A stretch of DNA of 64,000 nt, taken from positions 82,015 to 146,014 of the forward strand of contig CAMTXH010000010.1 in assembly GCA_947085655.1 (NCBI GenBank), in the 5' to 3' direction. The notes beneath the pieces were generated by a model. That model worked only from the letters and a program-made list of their open reading frames with translations. It was not told the DNA's origin and did no database searches. This document shows positions 27,381-37,240 of this stretch, piece after piece (within the stretch, counting starts at the first letter, position 1; each line of letters opens with the position of its first letter). The DNA is from an uncultured Omnitrophica bacterium. GTDB lineage: Bacteria; Omnitrophota; Gorgyraeia; JACQQV01. The translations under genes and the position numbers were made by a program.

Positions 27381-29310
27381 ATGAATAGGTCGTTGCAGGG
27401 CGCTCTTCGGCCGGCCTCCGATCGATAAAGGTTCGGTGCCACAGTTCAAGATTGAGAAGCGCCCAGAGCCGGAACCTGTGGTCCCGACGTCTTTCGCGAT
27501 GCTCCCTCAAAAGCTTTTCGATGGCGCTCCGCTTAAACAGACCCCGCCGCAGCGTCACAGGGTCGAGAAGGACCTCTTCAACCAACCTCCTCAGACTGGA
27601 ACGGAACCAATGGTCGATCGGAACCGCAAAGCCCATTTTTCGTCTGTTCAGGACAGCGCGAGGCAGACGATCCGAGACGATTTCCCTTAACAGAAATTTT
27701 GTCTGAAATCGATGAAGTTTAAAATCAGCCGGCATCTGGGCAATGGTCTCCAAAAAAATATGGTCTAGGAAGGGCGATCGAATTTCCAGTCCATGCGCCA
27801 TACTGGCGATATCCATCTTCACCAGTAGGTCTTCAGGAAGATACGATTGAGTATCCGCTTTAAGAAGCTGATCCACCACCGATGTCGTCTCTGTGCGGCG
27901 TAAGATTTCCAGGAGAAACTGGCCTGCAACACGATCCCTCACGTGGGCGTTGAAATGATCGGCATAGAGCTGTTCCTTCTCGCGGGTTGAAAAAATGCTC
28001 ACCCAACGCAGATAGCGTTCTTCCGAATTGGGAAACTCCACCAAGGCCTCCAGAAAATTGAGGGGGCGGCGCCAACGCTTTGGATCACTCCTCGGTCCAT
28101 GATCTGCAAGCCATTGACAAAGAGACCTTGCCGATCGGAGCACGGGACGTGGGAGGCGGCTGAGGGCCATTGCCAATTGCGCCCCCCGGTACCGGTCATA
28201 TCCTGCGAAGGCCTCATCCCCCCCATCCCCGCTCAAGGCGACCTTCACATGCCGGCGCGTCAACTGTGAGACATAGTAAGTCGGGATGCAGGAGGAATCT
28301 CCGAAGGGCTCATTATAGTGCCAGATCAATTTCGGAAGGATCGCAGCCGCATCGGGCCGAACAATCAGCTCATGGTGCTCCGTCCCGAAGTGCCGTGCCA
28401 CTTCCCGGGCGAATTTTAATTCACTGTAATCCGACTCCTCGAATCCGATGCTGAACGTCCGGACGGATTGGCCGGAGCATTCACGGATCAGGGCAACGAT
28501 TGTGCTTGAATCAAGGCCGCCGCTCAAAAGAACCCCAAGGGGCACATCACTCCGCAGCCGGAGCCGGACCGCCTCCGAAAGAAGGGACCAGATCTTCTCC
28601 CGCCAGGCCTCCCGCGAATGTATTTGCTTGGGCTCATAGGACAGAGACCAGTATCGCTGGACCGTCACGCCATGACGATCACAACGCATCCAGTGGGCCG
28701 GTGGAAGCTTCATAATTCCTTCAAACATGGTGAAGGGAGACGGTGTATATCCGTACGTCAGATAATCGTCGATCGAGGCGGGCCGGGTCGTGCGGCTCAC
28801 GTCAGGCGACTCCAGAATCGCCTTGATCTCCGAGCCGAAAAAAAGGGTGCCGTTTCGGACTGCGTAAAAAAGCGGCTTCTTGCCAAGCCGGTCGCGCGCC
28901 AAAAAGAGCTGGCGGCTGTCCGAATCCCAGATGGCAAAGGCAAACATGCCTCTGGCCTCCTCCAGGCAATCGGATCCCTTGTCGCGGTAGAGATTCAAAA
29001 GGACCTCCGTATCACTCTGCGTCCGGAAGCGATAACCCTTCGAAAGGAGCGTTTCTTTCAGTTCACAATAGTTGTAGATCTCTCCGTTAAAGACAATGGT
29101 GAAGCGCCCCGTCTCATCCTGCATCGGCTGTTTGCCGCCGGAGAGGTCGATAATGGAGAGTCGTCTGTGTCCCAGTCCGATCCGGCCGTCCACAAAAATG
29201 TCCTCATCGTCCGGTCCCCGGTGGGAGAGGACCCGGGCCATGCGCCGGACGAACGCAGGGTCTACCGGCTGCTCATTCTGGAAATTAAACTGTCCCGCAA
29301 TGCCGCACAC
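27367..29310 (-). CDS. asparagine synthase (glutamine-hydrolysing) family amidotransferase (AsnB/WbpS-like)
   Basis: GTG at 29308-29310 directly precedes CGIAGQF (the obligatory N-terminal Cys of class II glutamine amidotransferases); SGGLDSS PP-loop motif. Confidence 0.8.
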   Translation of the reverse strand: MCGIAGQFNFQNEQPVDPAFVRRMARVLSHRGPDDEDIFVDGRIGLGHRRLSIIDLSGGKQPMQDETGRFTIVFNGEIYNYCELKETLLSKGYRFRTQSDTEVLLNLYRDKGSDCLEEARGMFAFAIWDSDSRQLFLARDRLGKKPLFYAVRNGTLFFGSEIKAILESPDVSRTTRPASIDDYLTYGYTPSPFTMFEGIMKLPPAHWMRCDRHGVTVQRYWSLSYEPKQIHSREAWREKIWSLLSEAVRLRLRSDVPLGVLLSGGLDSSTIVALIRECSGQSVRTFSIGFEESDYSELKFAREVARHFGTEHHELIVRPDAAAILPKLIWHYNEPFGDSSCIPTYYVSQLTRRHVKVALSGDGGDEAFAGYDRYRGAQLAMALSRLPRPVLRSARSLCQWLADHGPRSDPKRWRRPLNFLEALVEFPNSEERYLRWVSIFSTREKEQLYADHFNAHVRDRVAGQFLLEILRRTETTSVVDQLLKADTQSYLPEDLLVKMDIASMAHGLEIRSPFLDHIFLETIAQMPADFKLHRFQTKFLLREIVSDRLPRAVLNRRKMGFAVPIDHWFRSSLRRLVEEVLLDPVTLRRGLFKRSAIEKLLREHRERRRDHRFRLWALLNLELWHRTFIDRRPAEERPATTYSYANE

Positions 29311-29320
29311 AAACGTTCTC

Positions 29321-30619
29321 CTACCAAAGTCCCAGACGCGCCGCGAATGCCGACGCCTGGAGACGGATGGCATCTGAATTCACAAAGAGAAGTGACATCG
29401 CCCCGAGCCAGCCGCCCGAAAGAACCGACGGAACCCACTTCCGCGAGAAAAACGAAAAGAATCTCGCCAGCGCGACGGCACCGAAGAGAATCAAAACCGG
29501 TTCAAAGGGCAACCGGTACCGCGGCGTCCCTTGAAAAACAAGACTGACGACGTGAAGATAGAGGAGCGGAACATACAACACCCACAAGTCCTGAAAATGC
29601 CTGAGCGATGCCGCCATCCCCCACAGGATAAAAGGCAGAAGAAATCCGTAGGTCGGGTTAAACATCCCTCCCCCTAAAACCTCCCAGTCAAACGGCGACC
29701 AGAGCAAACCGATTTTTAACGCCTCAAGGCGGGGTATCCGGCCGGGGTTCTCACGGATAAACCGCCATCCCTCCCGAAACAGAAAACGGCTCCTGTCGAT
29801 TTCAGAGTCGAAATGAGCGTTGGCATAATGTGTCGTCTCATCATGTGTGATGAATCCGAGGAGTTTCCCTTCAGGCGGCCGATAAGAGGAATAAAAGGTA
29901 ACCCCTCCGTTTGTAGAGATCGGGGTCCATTGTCCGTATCGATGAAGATTCCGAAGCTCCCAGGGAAGGAGAACAAGATAGAAGGCCAAAAACATTCCCA
30001 AGGAAAGACCGAATCGTCTGTGCCACGACCACGAACGCCTTGTGAGGATTCCCCCCATGAGAAACACTGGAAAGAGGACGATGCTTGTTTTGGTTAGACT
30101 CGCCAATCCCAGACAAATCCCCAATACGCCCGATGTCCTCCAGCCATCTCCCTGATAGACCCGGAGAAGAAGATAGAGTGCTGTGATGAAGAGAAAGGTA
30201 AAAAGAGACTCCGACAGAACCATCGAAGAGACCTTAATCAATGAAAGGGAAAACACGCACAAAAGAAGCGACAAAAGCGCAAGCCGCGGTCCCAAAATCC
30301 TCTTTCCGATCAGATAGGTCAAGGCACAGGTTGCGGTTCCCAAGAACGCCTGAATGATCAGAACAGGAAACAGATTCCGTCCGAATACTCTGTATATGAG
30401 AGAGAGGAAGATCGGGTACAAGGGGGGATGGAAGAAATCGAGTTCCCTGAGATCTTCCCCGCCCGAAGCCAGCAACCAGCCGGTGGCATCGTACCAGGTC
30501 GCATCTCCCTGGAGGGTCTGGCCGGCATGCATGCCGGCGCTCCATAGCCGCAGAAAAAGTGCAAGGCCCAGCAGAAACATCACCCCCCACCCCTCCTTTT
30601 TCCGGAACAAGGTCTCCAT
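29321..30619 (-). CDS. GT-C glycosyltransferase, ArnT-like (PMT_2 family); paralogue of 23738..24988
   Basis: polytopic; QGDATWYDATGWLLASG first-loop motif; C-terminal GTPRYRLPFEP matches paralogue. Confidence 0.6.
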   Translation of the reverse strand: METLFRKKEGWGVMFLLGLALFLRLWSAGMHAGQTLQGDATWYDATGWLLASGGEDLRELDFFHPPLYPIFLSLIYRVFGRNLFPVLIIQAFLGTATCALTYLIGKRILGPRLALLSLLLCVFSLSLIKVSSMVLSESLFTFLFITALYLLLRVYQGDGWRTSGVLGICLGLASLTKTSIVLFPVFLMGGILTRRSWSWHRRFGLSLGMFLAFYLVLLPWELRNLHRYGQWTPISTNGGVTFYSSYRPPEGKLLGFITHDETTHYANAHFDSEIDRSRFLFREGWRFIRENPGRIPRLEALKIGLLWSPFDWEVLGGGMFNPTYGFLLPFILWGMAASLRHFQDLWVLYVPLLYLHVVSLVFQGTPRYRLPFEPVLILFGAVALARFFSFFSRKWVPSVLSGGWLGAMSLLFVNSDAIRLQASAFAARLGLW

Positions 30620-30622
30620 TTC

Positions 30623-31573
30623 TCACACCTTCTCGGCGAACACGATCATCTTGGTAAAAGGAACGATGTAATAGGTCTTGTCATAGAACCCCAAAAGGCG
30701 GCTTGCGCTCTGGAGAAATCTGGCCGTCCCCTTGTGATAGAACTCCCAGCGCCTCAGGATCTTGCCGACCTTGAAATGACGGCCATACTGATGCACCTTC
30801 AAGACACGGAAACCGGTCTTTTGAAGCATCAAGGTCAGAGTTTTCTCTGAGAACAAGTAAAGGTGCTCCTTGACCCGTCGCATATCTTCCCACCTGCCTC
30901 CGAGGAGTCGCGCCAGAAGACTCCCCGCATTCGGGGTGGCGATGGTCACAACACCGCCGGGTCTTAAAAGGGCATGGACCTTCTGAAGGGCCGAGAAAGG
31001 ATCGTGGAAGTGTTCAATGACATCCAAAAGAACTCCTGCATCGAATGAGATGGGCGGCAGAACCTGCTCCTCAAATGATCCCTGGACAACATCGAGCCCC
31101 AGCCTGTGTCTGGCGTAGCGGACGGCGGCCTCAGAGATCTCCATACCGGTCACTTCCCACCCATGCCGTCTTGCAACTTCGAGAAAATACCCCGGGCCAC
31201 ATCCGATATCGAAGAGGTGGCCGGGCGACGTCAAAACTTGCAACCGCTGGACGACCTTTTCAAAGGACCGCTCGATCTCCTGACGTTCAGAGATATATTC
31301 GGCATACCCATACATGTAACCGTCAAATTGATAGAACTTCGGATTATGAAAATATTCCGACTGGGAATAGATCTTTTCAACTTCCTCCCGGACGAGGCGT
31401 GGATTCACGTAGATCAACCCGCATTTTCGGCAGCGCACGATTTGGAAACCGTCGATGCGGTAAAGCCGTGTCGCATCCTCTGCACCGCAGAGGTTGCAGG
31501 GGACGATTTCCAGTCGTTGCTGGCCTTCTTTTGTCCGGAGCGCCTTTTCCTTTATCGTCGTTTCAGGCATCAT
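30623..31573 (-). CDS. class I SAM-dependent methyltransferase with N-terminal Cys4 zinc ribbon
   Basis: CNLCGAEDA...CRKCG ribbon; LFDIGCGPGYF motif I; LLDVIEHFHDP motif II. Confidence 0.7.
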   Translation of the reverse strand: MMPETTIKEKALRTKEGQQRLEIVPCNLCGAEDATRLYRIDGFQIVRCRKCGLIYVNPRLVREEVEKIYSQSEYFHNPKFYQFDGYMYGYAEYISERQEIERSFEKVVQRLQVLTSPGHLFDIGCGPGYFLEVARRHGWEVTGMEISEAAVRYARHRLGLDVVQGSFEEQVLPPISFDAGVLLDVIEHFHDPFSALQKVHALLRPGGVVTIATPNAGSLLARLLGGRWEDMRRVKEHLYLFSEKTLTLMLQKTGFRVLKVHQYGRHFKVGKILRRWEFYHKGTARFLQSASRLLGFYDKTYYIVPFTKMIVFAEKV

Positions 31574-32793
31574 GGTTTTGTCCCTACCGTTGCGGCCTCT
31601 TCCTCAAAAGTCTTCGCCTCCTTTAAGGAAGAGGGTTCCCATCGGTGCCTCTTTCCATTTCGCAATGTCTCATAGAGAGATTCCAAGCGGCGGGCGGCTT
31701 GAAGTGCAGAAAACTTTCTCTGCACATAAGACCGGCCCTCCTGGGCCATTCTTTGCAACTGATCGGGATGGGACAACATCATCTCGAGTTTGGCTTCTAA
31801 GGCATGGCTATCTCCCGGAGGAACCAGAAAGCCGGTCTGTCCGTCCTGTATCGCTTCCTGATTCGGACCGATATTGGTTGCAAGGACCGGCCGTCCGGAG
31901 GCCATCGCCTCCAAAAGGCAAAAAGGCATTCCCTCGCTCAGCGTCGGGAAGACAAAGCCGTCACACGCACTCAAAAGATTCTTGACATCAAGACGCCGTC
32001 CCAAAAAGGAGACGGCATTCTGTAATCCGAGGGACTGCACCAGATCTTCCAATGTCTTGCGAAAGGACCCCTCTCCGACGATCCAGAGCCGCACGTGGGG
32101 ATGGCGCCGGAAAACCCCTGCAAAGGCGCGAATCAAAAAAGGGTGGCCCTTATCCGGGTGGAGCTTCCCCACGGTCACAAACAGAAAGGCGTCCCCCCTC
32201 AACCCCCACGCAGCCCGATGTCGTCTCCGCTCCTCTTCGGGCATCGTCGAAAAGGCCTCTTCGCCGATCGCGTTATAGATGACAGAGATCTGCCCAGGAT
32301 CGACCCGGAGATGTCGCATGATGGAATCGCGCACCGTTTCTGAAACGGCAACAAAGTGTTGGCACCACCGCGCACTCCAACGGTCGAGCCATAAACGCTT
32401 CTGCGAATAGAGTGACAAGTGCCTGTTGTCATAAACCGTTGACTGGACTGTGGAGATCGCAAGGGGAGTCCTTGAAAATCGTCCCGCCAGTCGGCCGTAA
32501 AGATCCGCCCAGAAAAGCTGGGTGTGGAGGATGTGGGGACGGTATCGGCGAATCAACCGAACGAGGCCCGAAACAATACGGGCTCCGTCGGAAGGATGGG
32601 ATGCCGACATCCCCACCGTAGAAACCCCCAGACGCTCAAAATCCTTTTTCAGGTCATCCTCCTTTGTCAGAAAACAGACAACAGGCTCAAAACGGGACCG
32701 GTCTAAATTCTCCATGTCTATCAGGAGGCGCTTCTCGGCCCCCCCCAGTCCCAAACTTTCGATCAGATAGAAGATGCGACATCGATCAACCAT
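31570..32793 (-). CDS. GT4 (group 1) glycosyltransferase
   Basis: FVFPTLSEGMPFCLLEAMASGRPVLATNIGPNQEAIQDGQTGFLV EX7E motif. Confidence 0.8.
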   Translation of the reverse strand: MVDRCRIFYLIESLGLGGAEKRLLIDMENLDRSRFEPVVCFLTKEDDLKKDFERLGVSTVGMSASHPSDGARIVSGLVRLIRRYRPHILHTQLFWADLYGRLAGRFSRTPLAISTVQSTVYDNRHLSLYSQKRLWLDRWSARWCQHFVAVSETVRDSIMRHLRVDPGQISVIYNAIGEEAFSTMPEEERRRHRAAWGLRGDAFLFVTVGKLHPDKGHPFLIRAFAGVFRRHPHVRLWIVGEGSFRKTLEDLVQSLGLQNAVSFLGRRLDVKNLLSACDGFVFPTLSEGMPFCLLEAMASGRPVLATNIGPNQEAIQDGQTGFLVPPGDSHALEAKLEMMLSHPDQLQRMAQEGRSYVQRKFSALQAARRLESLYETLRNGKRHRWEPSSLKEAKTFEEEAATVGTKP

Positions 32794-33340
32794 ACGCTTT
32801 TTCGATCGCCCGCAGATAGCCCTTTTCCCACTTTTTTTGAGCCGTGAGGATCAGTCGGATCGTTTCCGCGACGGCACCCTCTCCGCCCTTCTTCCGTGTG
32901 ACGTACCGGGCGGCCTTTTTGACTTCCGGAACCGCGTCGCTGACCGCGACTGGAAAACCGACTCTTTGAAGAACGGGAAGATCCAGAAAATCATCCCCGA
33001 TATAAGCAACCTCCTCATCGCAGAGGTGGTGCTTTTTTTCGACCTCATCCAAAATTTTGAGTTTGTTCAGATTGTTCAGGTAAATGCCGTCCACCTTCAT
33101 TTTTTCCGCGCGCTGTTTGACCACCCTGGAATCCCGGCCCGAAACAAGAACCCGGAGCAGACCCGCTTCCTTCGCGGCCCAGCTCGCCGCACCGTCATGG
33201 ACGCAAAATTCCTTGATCTCATGGAGTCCTTCCCCGTTCAGGGAACCTGCCCAAATAATGCTCGGCTTCGCCAGGACCCCGTCGACATCGATCAGGAATA
33301 ACTTAATTTTTTTTAACCGTGCTCTCAATCCTTGCTTCAC
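32786..33340 (-). CDS. kdsC: 3-deoxy-D-manno-octulosonate 8-phosphate phosphatase (KdsC/YrbI HAD family)
   Basis: KLFLIDVDGVL HAD motif I, IGDDFLDLP motif IV; adjacent to kdsB. Confidence 0.7.
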   Translation of the reverse strand: MKQGLRARLKKIKLFLIDVDGVLAKPSIIWAGSLNGEGLHEIKEFCVHDGAASWAAKEAGLLRVLVSGRDSRVVKQRAEKMKVDGIYLNNLNKLKILDEVEKKHHLCDEEVAYIGDDFLDLPVLQRVGFPVAVSDAVPEVKKAARYVTRKKGGEGAVAETIRLILTAQKKWEKGYLRAIEKAYG

Positions 33341-34073
33341 GAGTCGTGTCCTCTGGTTTTAAGATCTTTCTGACTTCAAAAAGGTCGGAAAGGGTATCGA
33401 CGCTGATCGTCTTACGGCGTGTTTCGACGCCCTTGACCTTAATGCCGTTCTCGACCGCCCGGAGCAGTTCCACCCCTTCCACAAGTTCAAGAGGGGTCGG
33501 GGACATCGACGCAAACTCCAGAAGAAACTCCTTCCGGAAGGCATAAAGCCCTACCTGTTTATAAGCCGTGTAGGCCTGGCGTGTTTTGGGGTAAGGGATC
33601 GGGCTTCTTGAAAAGAAGAGGACATCACCTTTTGTGTCTATGACCGTCTTAACAACGGTGGTATCGATAAAGTCCGCGGGGTCTTCGATCGGAGACATCA
33701 AAGTTGAAACCAAGCAGCCGGGTTCTTTCAAAAGCGGCTGTGCGGCCTGTTCGAGCATCTCAGGATGGACGAGCGGCTCATCCCCTTGAACATTGAGAAT
33801 AATGTCGGCGTCGATATCCAAAACGGCCTCTGCAATCCGGTCGGTTCCGGTCTTGTGTTCGGGACTTGTCAAAATCACCTTGCCACCGAACGCCTCAACG
33901 GCTTTTTGGATTCTCTGATCGTCCGTCGCGACAAAGACATCCTGAATGCCCTTGGCGCGCCCTGCCCCCTTGAACACGTAGTAAATCATCGGTCTGCCAT
34001 GAATCTCTGCAAGCGGTTTCCCCTCAAAACGGGTGGACTGGTAACGTGCCGGAATAACGGCGACGATTTTCAT
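33303..34073 (-). CDS. kdsB: 3-deoxy-manno-octulosonate cytidylyltransferase (CMP-Kdo synthetase)
   Basis: MKIVAVIPARYQSTRFEGKPL...LNVQGDEPL characteristic of KdsB. Confidence 0.85.
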   Translation of the reverse strand: MKIVAVIPARYQSTRFEGKPLAEIHGRPMIYYVFKGAGRAKGIQDVFVATDDQRIQKAVEAFGGKVILTSPEHKTGTDRIAEAVLDIDADIILNVQGDEPLVHPEMLEQAAQPLLKEPGCLVSTLMSPIEDPADFIDTTVVKTVIDTKGDVLFFSRSPIPYPKTRQAYTAYKQVGLYAFRKEFLLEFASMSPTPLELVEGVELLRAVENGIKVKGVETRRKTISVDTLSDLFEVRKILKPEDTTREARIESTVKKN

Positions 34074-35419
34074 TGCAGTATCCTTTCAACCAACTCTTTA
34101 TGTCTGTCGAATGTCTCTTTCTGCCGGCCCACGATCTCACAGGTCCTCCCCCGGAGTCGTTCCATCAGGGATCGGTCTTCCAAAAGCATGGTGACGTTAC
34201 GGACAAGCTCCTCCGCGCTGCCGACCTGCAGGCCGGGCCAGCAATCGAGCAATTGCGCCAGGAACGCCTTGCGTAGATGGATATTCCTTCCAAAGAAAAA
34301 CGGCTTTTCGTGCAGCATCGGCTCCGCAACATTGTGACAAAGGCCTTTCCAATGGGTATCCTCCGTCTCGAGGCTGCTGCCCCCGATAAAGACAAACGTC
34401 GCGAGTCCGTACAGGTATCTCAACTCGCCGTAGGTGTCCAGCAGGATAATGCTGTCCGGTGCCAATCCTTCTTTTTGGATCTTACTTTTCCGAATCGACG
34501 CACATGAAAAATCGCGGAGCCGCCTTTCCATGTCATCCAAATGCTCAATCCAACGGGGTGCGATTAAAAGACGGAGCCGGGGAAATTTCTCCCTGAGTTT
34601 CCGGCAGGCCGAGGCGATGAGGGGAATTTCTTCCGTATGGAGACTGCCCACAACCCATAGGATCTCATCCGGGTGAAGGCCCAGTTCTTTCCGATAGGCG
34701 GCGGTCTGTTCGTCGGAAAGCCGGATGTCCTCCGCGGAAAACTTAAGGTCTCCGAGAACAAAGATACGCCCGGGTTCAACACCCAAACGTTTATATCCTT
34801 CCGCGTCCTCCTCCCCCTTAACGCCAATCCACTGCAGCGCTTCGTAAAAGCGGAGGGACATGGCCCGCTGCATATAACGATTCCCCTCCCAACCTTCCGG
34901 AAAAAAGCCGCTGAGGAGCGCTGTCGGGATTCCTTTCTGGTACGCCGTCTTCAAGCCGAGCGGAAACTTGGCGCTTTCCACCGTAAAAAGCGCTCTCGGC
35001 TTCAGCAGTCGGAACAGACGGCTCACCGGTGCGGGCAAATCCCACGGCGAATGCAAAACAAGATGAAAGAGTCCCTCCTCCTGCGCCTTCTGAAACGCGG
35101 ATTCGTCGCTGGTTGAGCAGACGAGAAGGTCGTCCGGAAAAGAGGCGTTCATCCACCGGCAGAGTGCGCGCATCTGGTAAAGTTCTCCCAAAGATTGGGC
35201 TTCAATCCAGATCGATCTTTTTCCGTTGAGTCTTTGGGCGTCCTCCCGGTTCAAAAATCCCCAACGGTTCCAGAAATAGTCGTGCCAATACCGGTCGCGG
35301 CTTAAAAGAATGCGACTGGTCCAGGTGATCGGCAGATAGGCATAGGCCTTCATGCGATACCCCAGGGGTGATGTAATCGTCAAATATCTCAGGTGTGAAA
35401 ACGAAAGTCTGTTATGCAT
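34070..35419 (-). CDS. waaA: 3-deoxy-D-manno-octulosonic acid transferase (WaaA/KdtA, GT30)
   Basis: IWIEAQSLGELYQMRAL (cf. WaaA IWIHAASVGE), GT-B C-terminal half; adjacent to kdsB/kdsC. Confidence 0.7.
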   Translation of the reverse strand: MHNRLSFSHLRYLTITSPLGYRMKAYAYLPITWTSRILLSRDRYWHDYFWNRWGFLNREDAQRLNGKRSIWIEAQSLGELYQMRALCRWMNASFPDDLLVCSTSDESAFQKAQEEGLFHLVLHSPWDLPAPVSRLFRLLKPRALFTVESAKFPLGLKTAYQKGIPTALLSGFFPEGWEGNRYMQRAMSLRFYEALQWIGVKGEEDAEGYKRLGVEPGRIFVLGDLKFSAEDIRLSDEQTAAYRKELGLHPDEILWVVGSLHTEEIPLIASACRKLREKFPRLRLLIAPRWIEHLDDMERRLRDFSCASIRKSKIQKEGLAPDSIILLDTYGELRYLYGLATFVFIGGSSLETEDTHWKGLCHNVAEPMLHEKPFFFGRNIHLRKAFLAQLLDCWPGLQVGSAEELVRNVTMLLEDRSLMERLRGRTCEIVGRQKETFDRHKELVERILQ

Positions 35420-35434
35420 CCTCTCTCATTCAGG

Positions 35435-36469
35435 TTAGATCCGGCCTATGTACTCAAAAATCGGATCATGCGGCATCTTTTCCGAAAAGAAAAGCCAGCG
35501 TCTCGGGTACGAATTGGGCCTCGTAAAAGCAGGGGAGATTCTGAAGTGGAGTCTCTTCTCCGGGTCCCAAACGGGATAATCCAATAGGGTAATGTCCGAA
35601 TCATAAAGCTGGGACGACTGGACGCGATTCACGGTGAAGAAGAACCTCGCCGTCTTAAAGACGGGGGACTCCATGTAATATTCGAACCACTGCCGCTTCA
35701 TCTCTCCGAAGGAGGTAAAATTCGTCACAAGATCCGACGATTCCCGGCCCAACCGGTCATAACAGGGAATCGGGACAAGGATAAAATCGTACTGCCGAAT
35801 GAAATCTCTTGTGATTTCCTTTTGGTCCAAAAATTCTTTGACCCCCGCGATCCGCGCTTCGGGAAGATAACTTCCCAGAAAGTAGTAGGCCAGAATCAAC
35901 TGCGCCGAGAAATCCACAAGGATGTGATGGGATTGGGGCCATTCCTGCTTGACCAGCCCTGAGAAAACGCCGTAACTGCTCCCGATATCCAGAGTGATAA
36001 AATCATCTGCAAGATGTTTTCCGAGTATTTCCTTGAGAAGACCGGTGAGATAGACATGTTTGAACCACCGGTGGGTGTAGCGATAACCTTGATATTGAAA
36101 GACGCTGGGATTCCCGACGTCGGGGCAAGGGTGTCTTTTTAAAAGGTCGGTATATTTTGCCTCTTCAAGGACCTTAAAACACTCAATCAGATGCCTCCGG
36201 TCGCCGCGTCTGCCGCCGCCCAAAAAATTCCTCGGGTCCAAGGCATGCATGTCATAATTAGGCGTATCCGGCACAAAGATATGCAGCCGCCTGAAATTGG
36301 AAAGGGCCTCTTTGTTCAGCAACCCATCCCGGTGGATGAGGCGATCCGGTTCGCTCTCCAGGCGCTCGCGCCATGTCTCACAAAGGTCTTCCCCGTAGCG
36401 GGCTGCGCCATCCAACGCCCGGTGGCTTTCCAGCTCGGCCTGAATCTGATTGAGGAGGTCGTTTTTCAT
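35435..36469 (-). CDS. methyltransferase-fold protein (possible divergent CmoB-like/FkbM-like transferase), translationally coupled to cmoA-like gene
   Basis: ATGA overlap with cmoA-like stop at 36466-36469; ITLDIGSSYGVF resembles SAM motif I (CmoB ILDVGCGSGY) at equivalent position; otherwise no canonical CmoB blocks. Confidence 0.4.
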   Translation of the reverse strand: MKNDLLNQIQAELESHRALDGAARYGEDLCETWRERLESEPDRLIHRDGLLNKEALSNFRRLHIFVPDTPNYDMHALDPRNFLGGGRRGDRRHLIECFKVLEEAKYTDLLKRHPCPDVGNPSVFQYQGYRYTHRWFKHVYLTGLLKEILGKHLADDFITLDIGSSYGVFSGLVKQEWPQSHHILVDFSAQLILAYYFLGSYLPEARIAGVKEFLDQKEITRDFIRQYDFILVPIPCYDRLGRESSDLVTNFTSFGEMKRQWFEYYMESPVFKTARFFFTVNRVQSSQLYDSDITLLDYPVWDPEKRLHFRISPAFTRPNSYPRRWLFFSEKMPHDPIFEYIGRI

Positions 36470-37239
36470 ACCTCGTCCAACTCAACTCTTGTATTTTTCT
36501 TGAGGCACAAAAAACCGGCAAAATTGTACCACTGAAAAAAGGTATCGACCGCCTGAAACCCGTTTCGCTTGAATAATTGAACATTTTCCTCGATCCGGTA
36601 GGGAACCAGGACATTTTCCAGGGCTTCGCGTTTGCGCCCGATTTCCGCGTCCGAATAGCCGTTTCTCCTTTTGAAGTCATAATACAGTTCCACAAAAAGC
36701 CGGTTCGTATCGGTGTTGTTTGTCAAAATTTTCTCCAAAACCAGCAAAATCCCGTTATCGACCAGAGCGTGGTGAATCGAACGGATCAGACGGTCGCGCA
36801 TGAGCGGCCTGATAAACTGAAGGGTCCAGCACATCGTCACGACACTGGCATTTTGCATCGGGACCTCCCCGTTCAGATCGGCATAGGCGATCTCAACGAC
36901 GCCGTCCAAGCCGATTCGGCTCACCTTTTCTCTCGCCTTTGAGATCATCGGTTCCGAATTGTCATAACCGATCAGGTGTTTTCCCGTTTTCTTCATGTCG
37001 CGGCCGATATTCGTCAAGGTCGTCCCCGTCGAACACCCCAGGTCGTAGATATTCGTCCCCTTGATATAGAACTTCTTGGTGAGTTCCTTAACGATGGCTT
37101 GCTGCTCCAGATAAAAAGGAACGCTCCGGACAAGCATGTCGTCAAAGACCGCCGCTACGTCGGGCCCAAACTCAAAATCACTGACCCGGGATGCTGTTTT
37201 CGCAAAGATCGTGTCTGCTTTCATCGTCTCTGTTTTCAT
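36466..37239 (-). CDS. cmoA: carboxy-S-adenosyl-L-methionine synthase homologue (CmoA family)
   Basis: end-to-end match to E. coli CmoA as recalled: DTIFAKTASRVSDFEFGPDVAAVFDDMLVRSVPFY, YDLGCSTG, LQFI, HHDFKRxNGYS with conserved Arg, FQWYNFAGF; ORF 36466..37257 trimmed to MKAD... Confidence 0.7.
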   Translation of the reverse strand: MKTETMKADTIFAKTASRVSDFEFGPDVAAVFDDMLVRSVPFYLEQQAIVKELTKKFYIKGTNIYDLGCSTGTTLTNIGRDMKKTGKHLIGYDNSEPMISKAREKVSRIGLDGVVEIAYADLNGEVPMQNASVVTMCWTLQFIRPLMRDRLIRSIHHALVDNGILLVLEKILTNNTDTNRLFVELYYDFKRRNGYSDAEIGRKREALENVLVPYRIEENVQLFKRNGFQAVDTFFQWYNFAGFLCLKKNTRVELDEV

Positions 37240-37240
37240 C

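Noticed and set aside
28618-29547. 309-aa plus-strand ORF antisense to AsnB-like gene
   Set aside because: It is Arg/Pro-rich low-complexity. The minus strand encodes a complete AsnB with Cys-1 and PP-loop.
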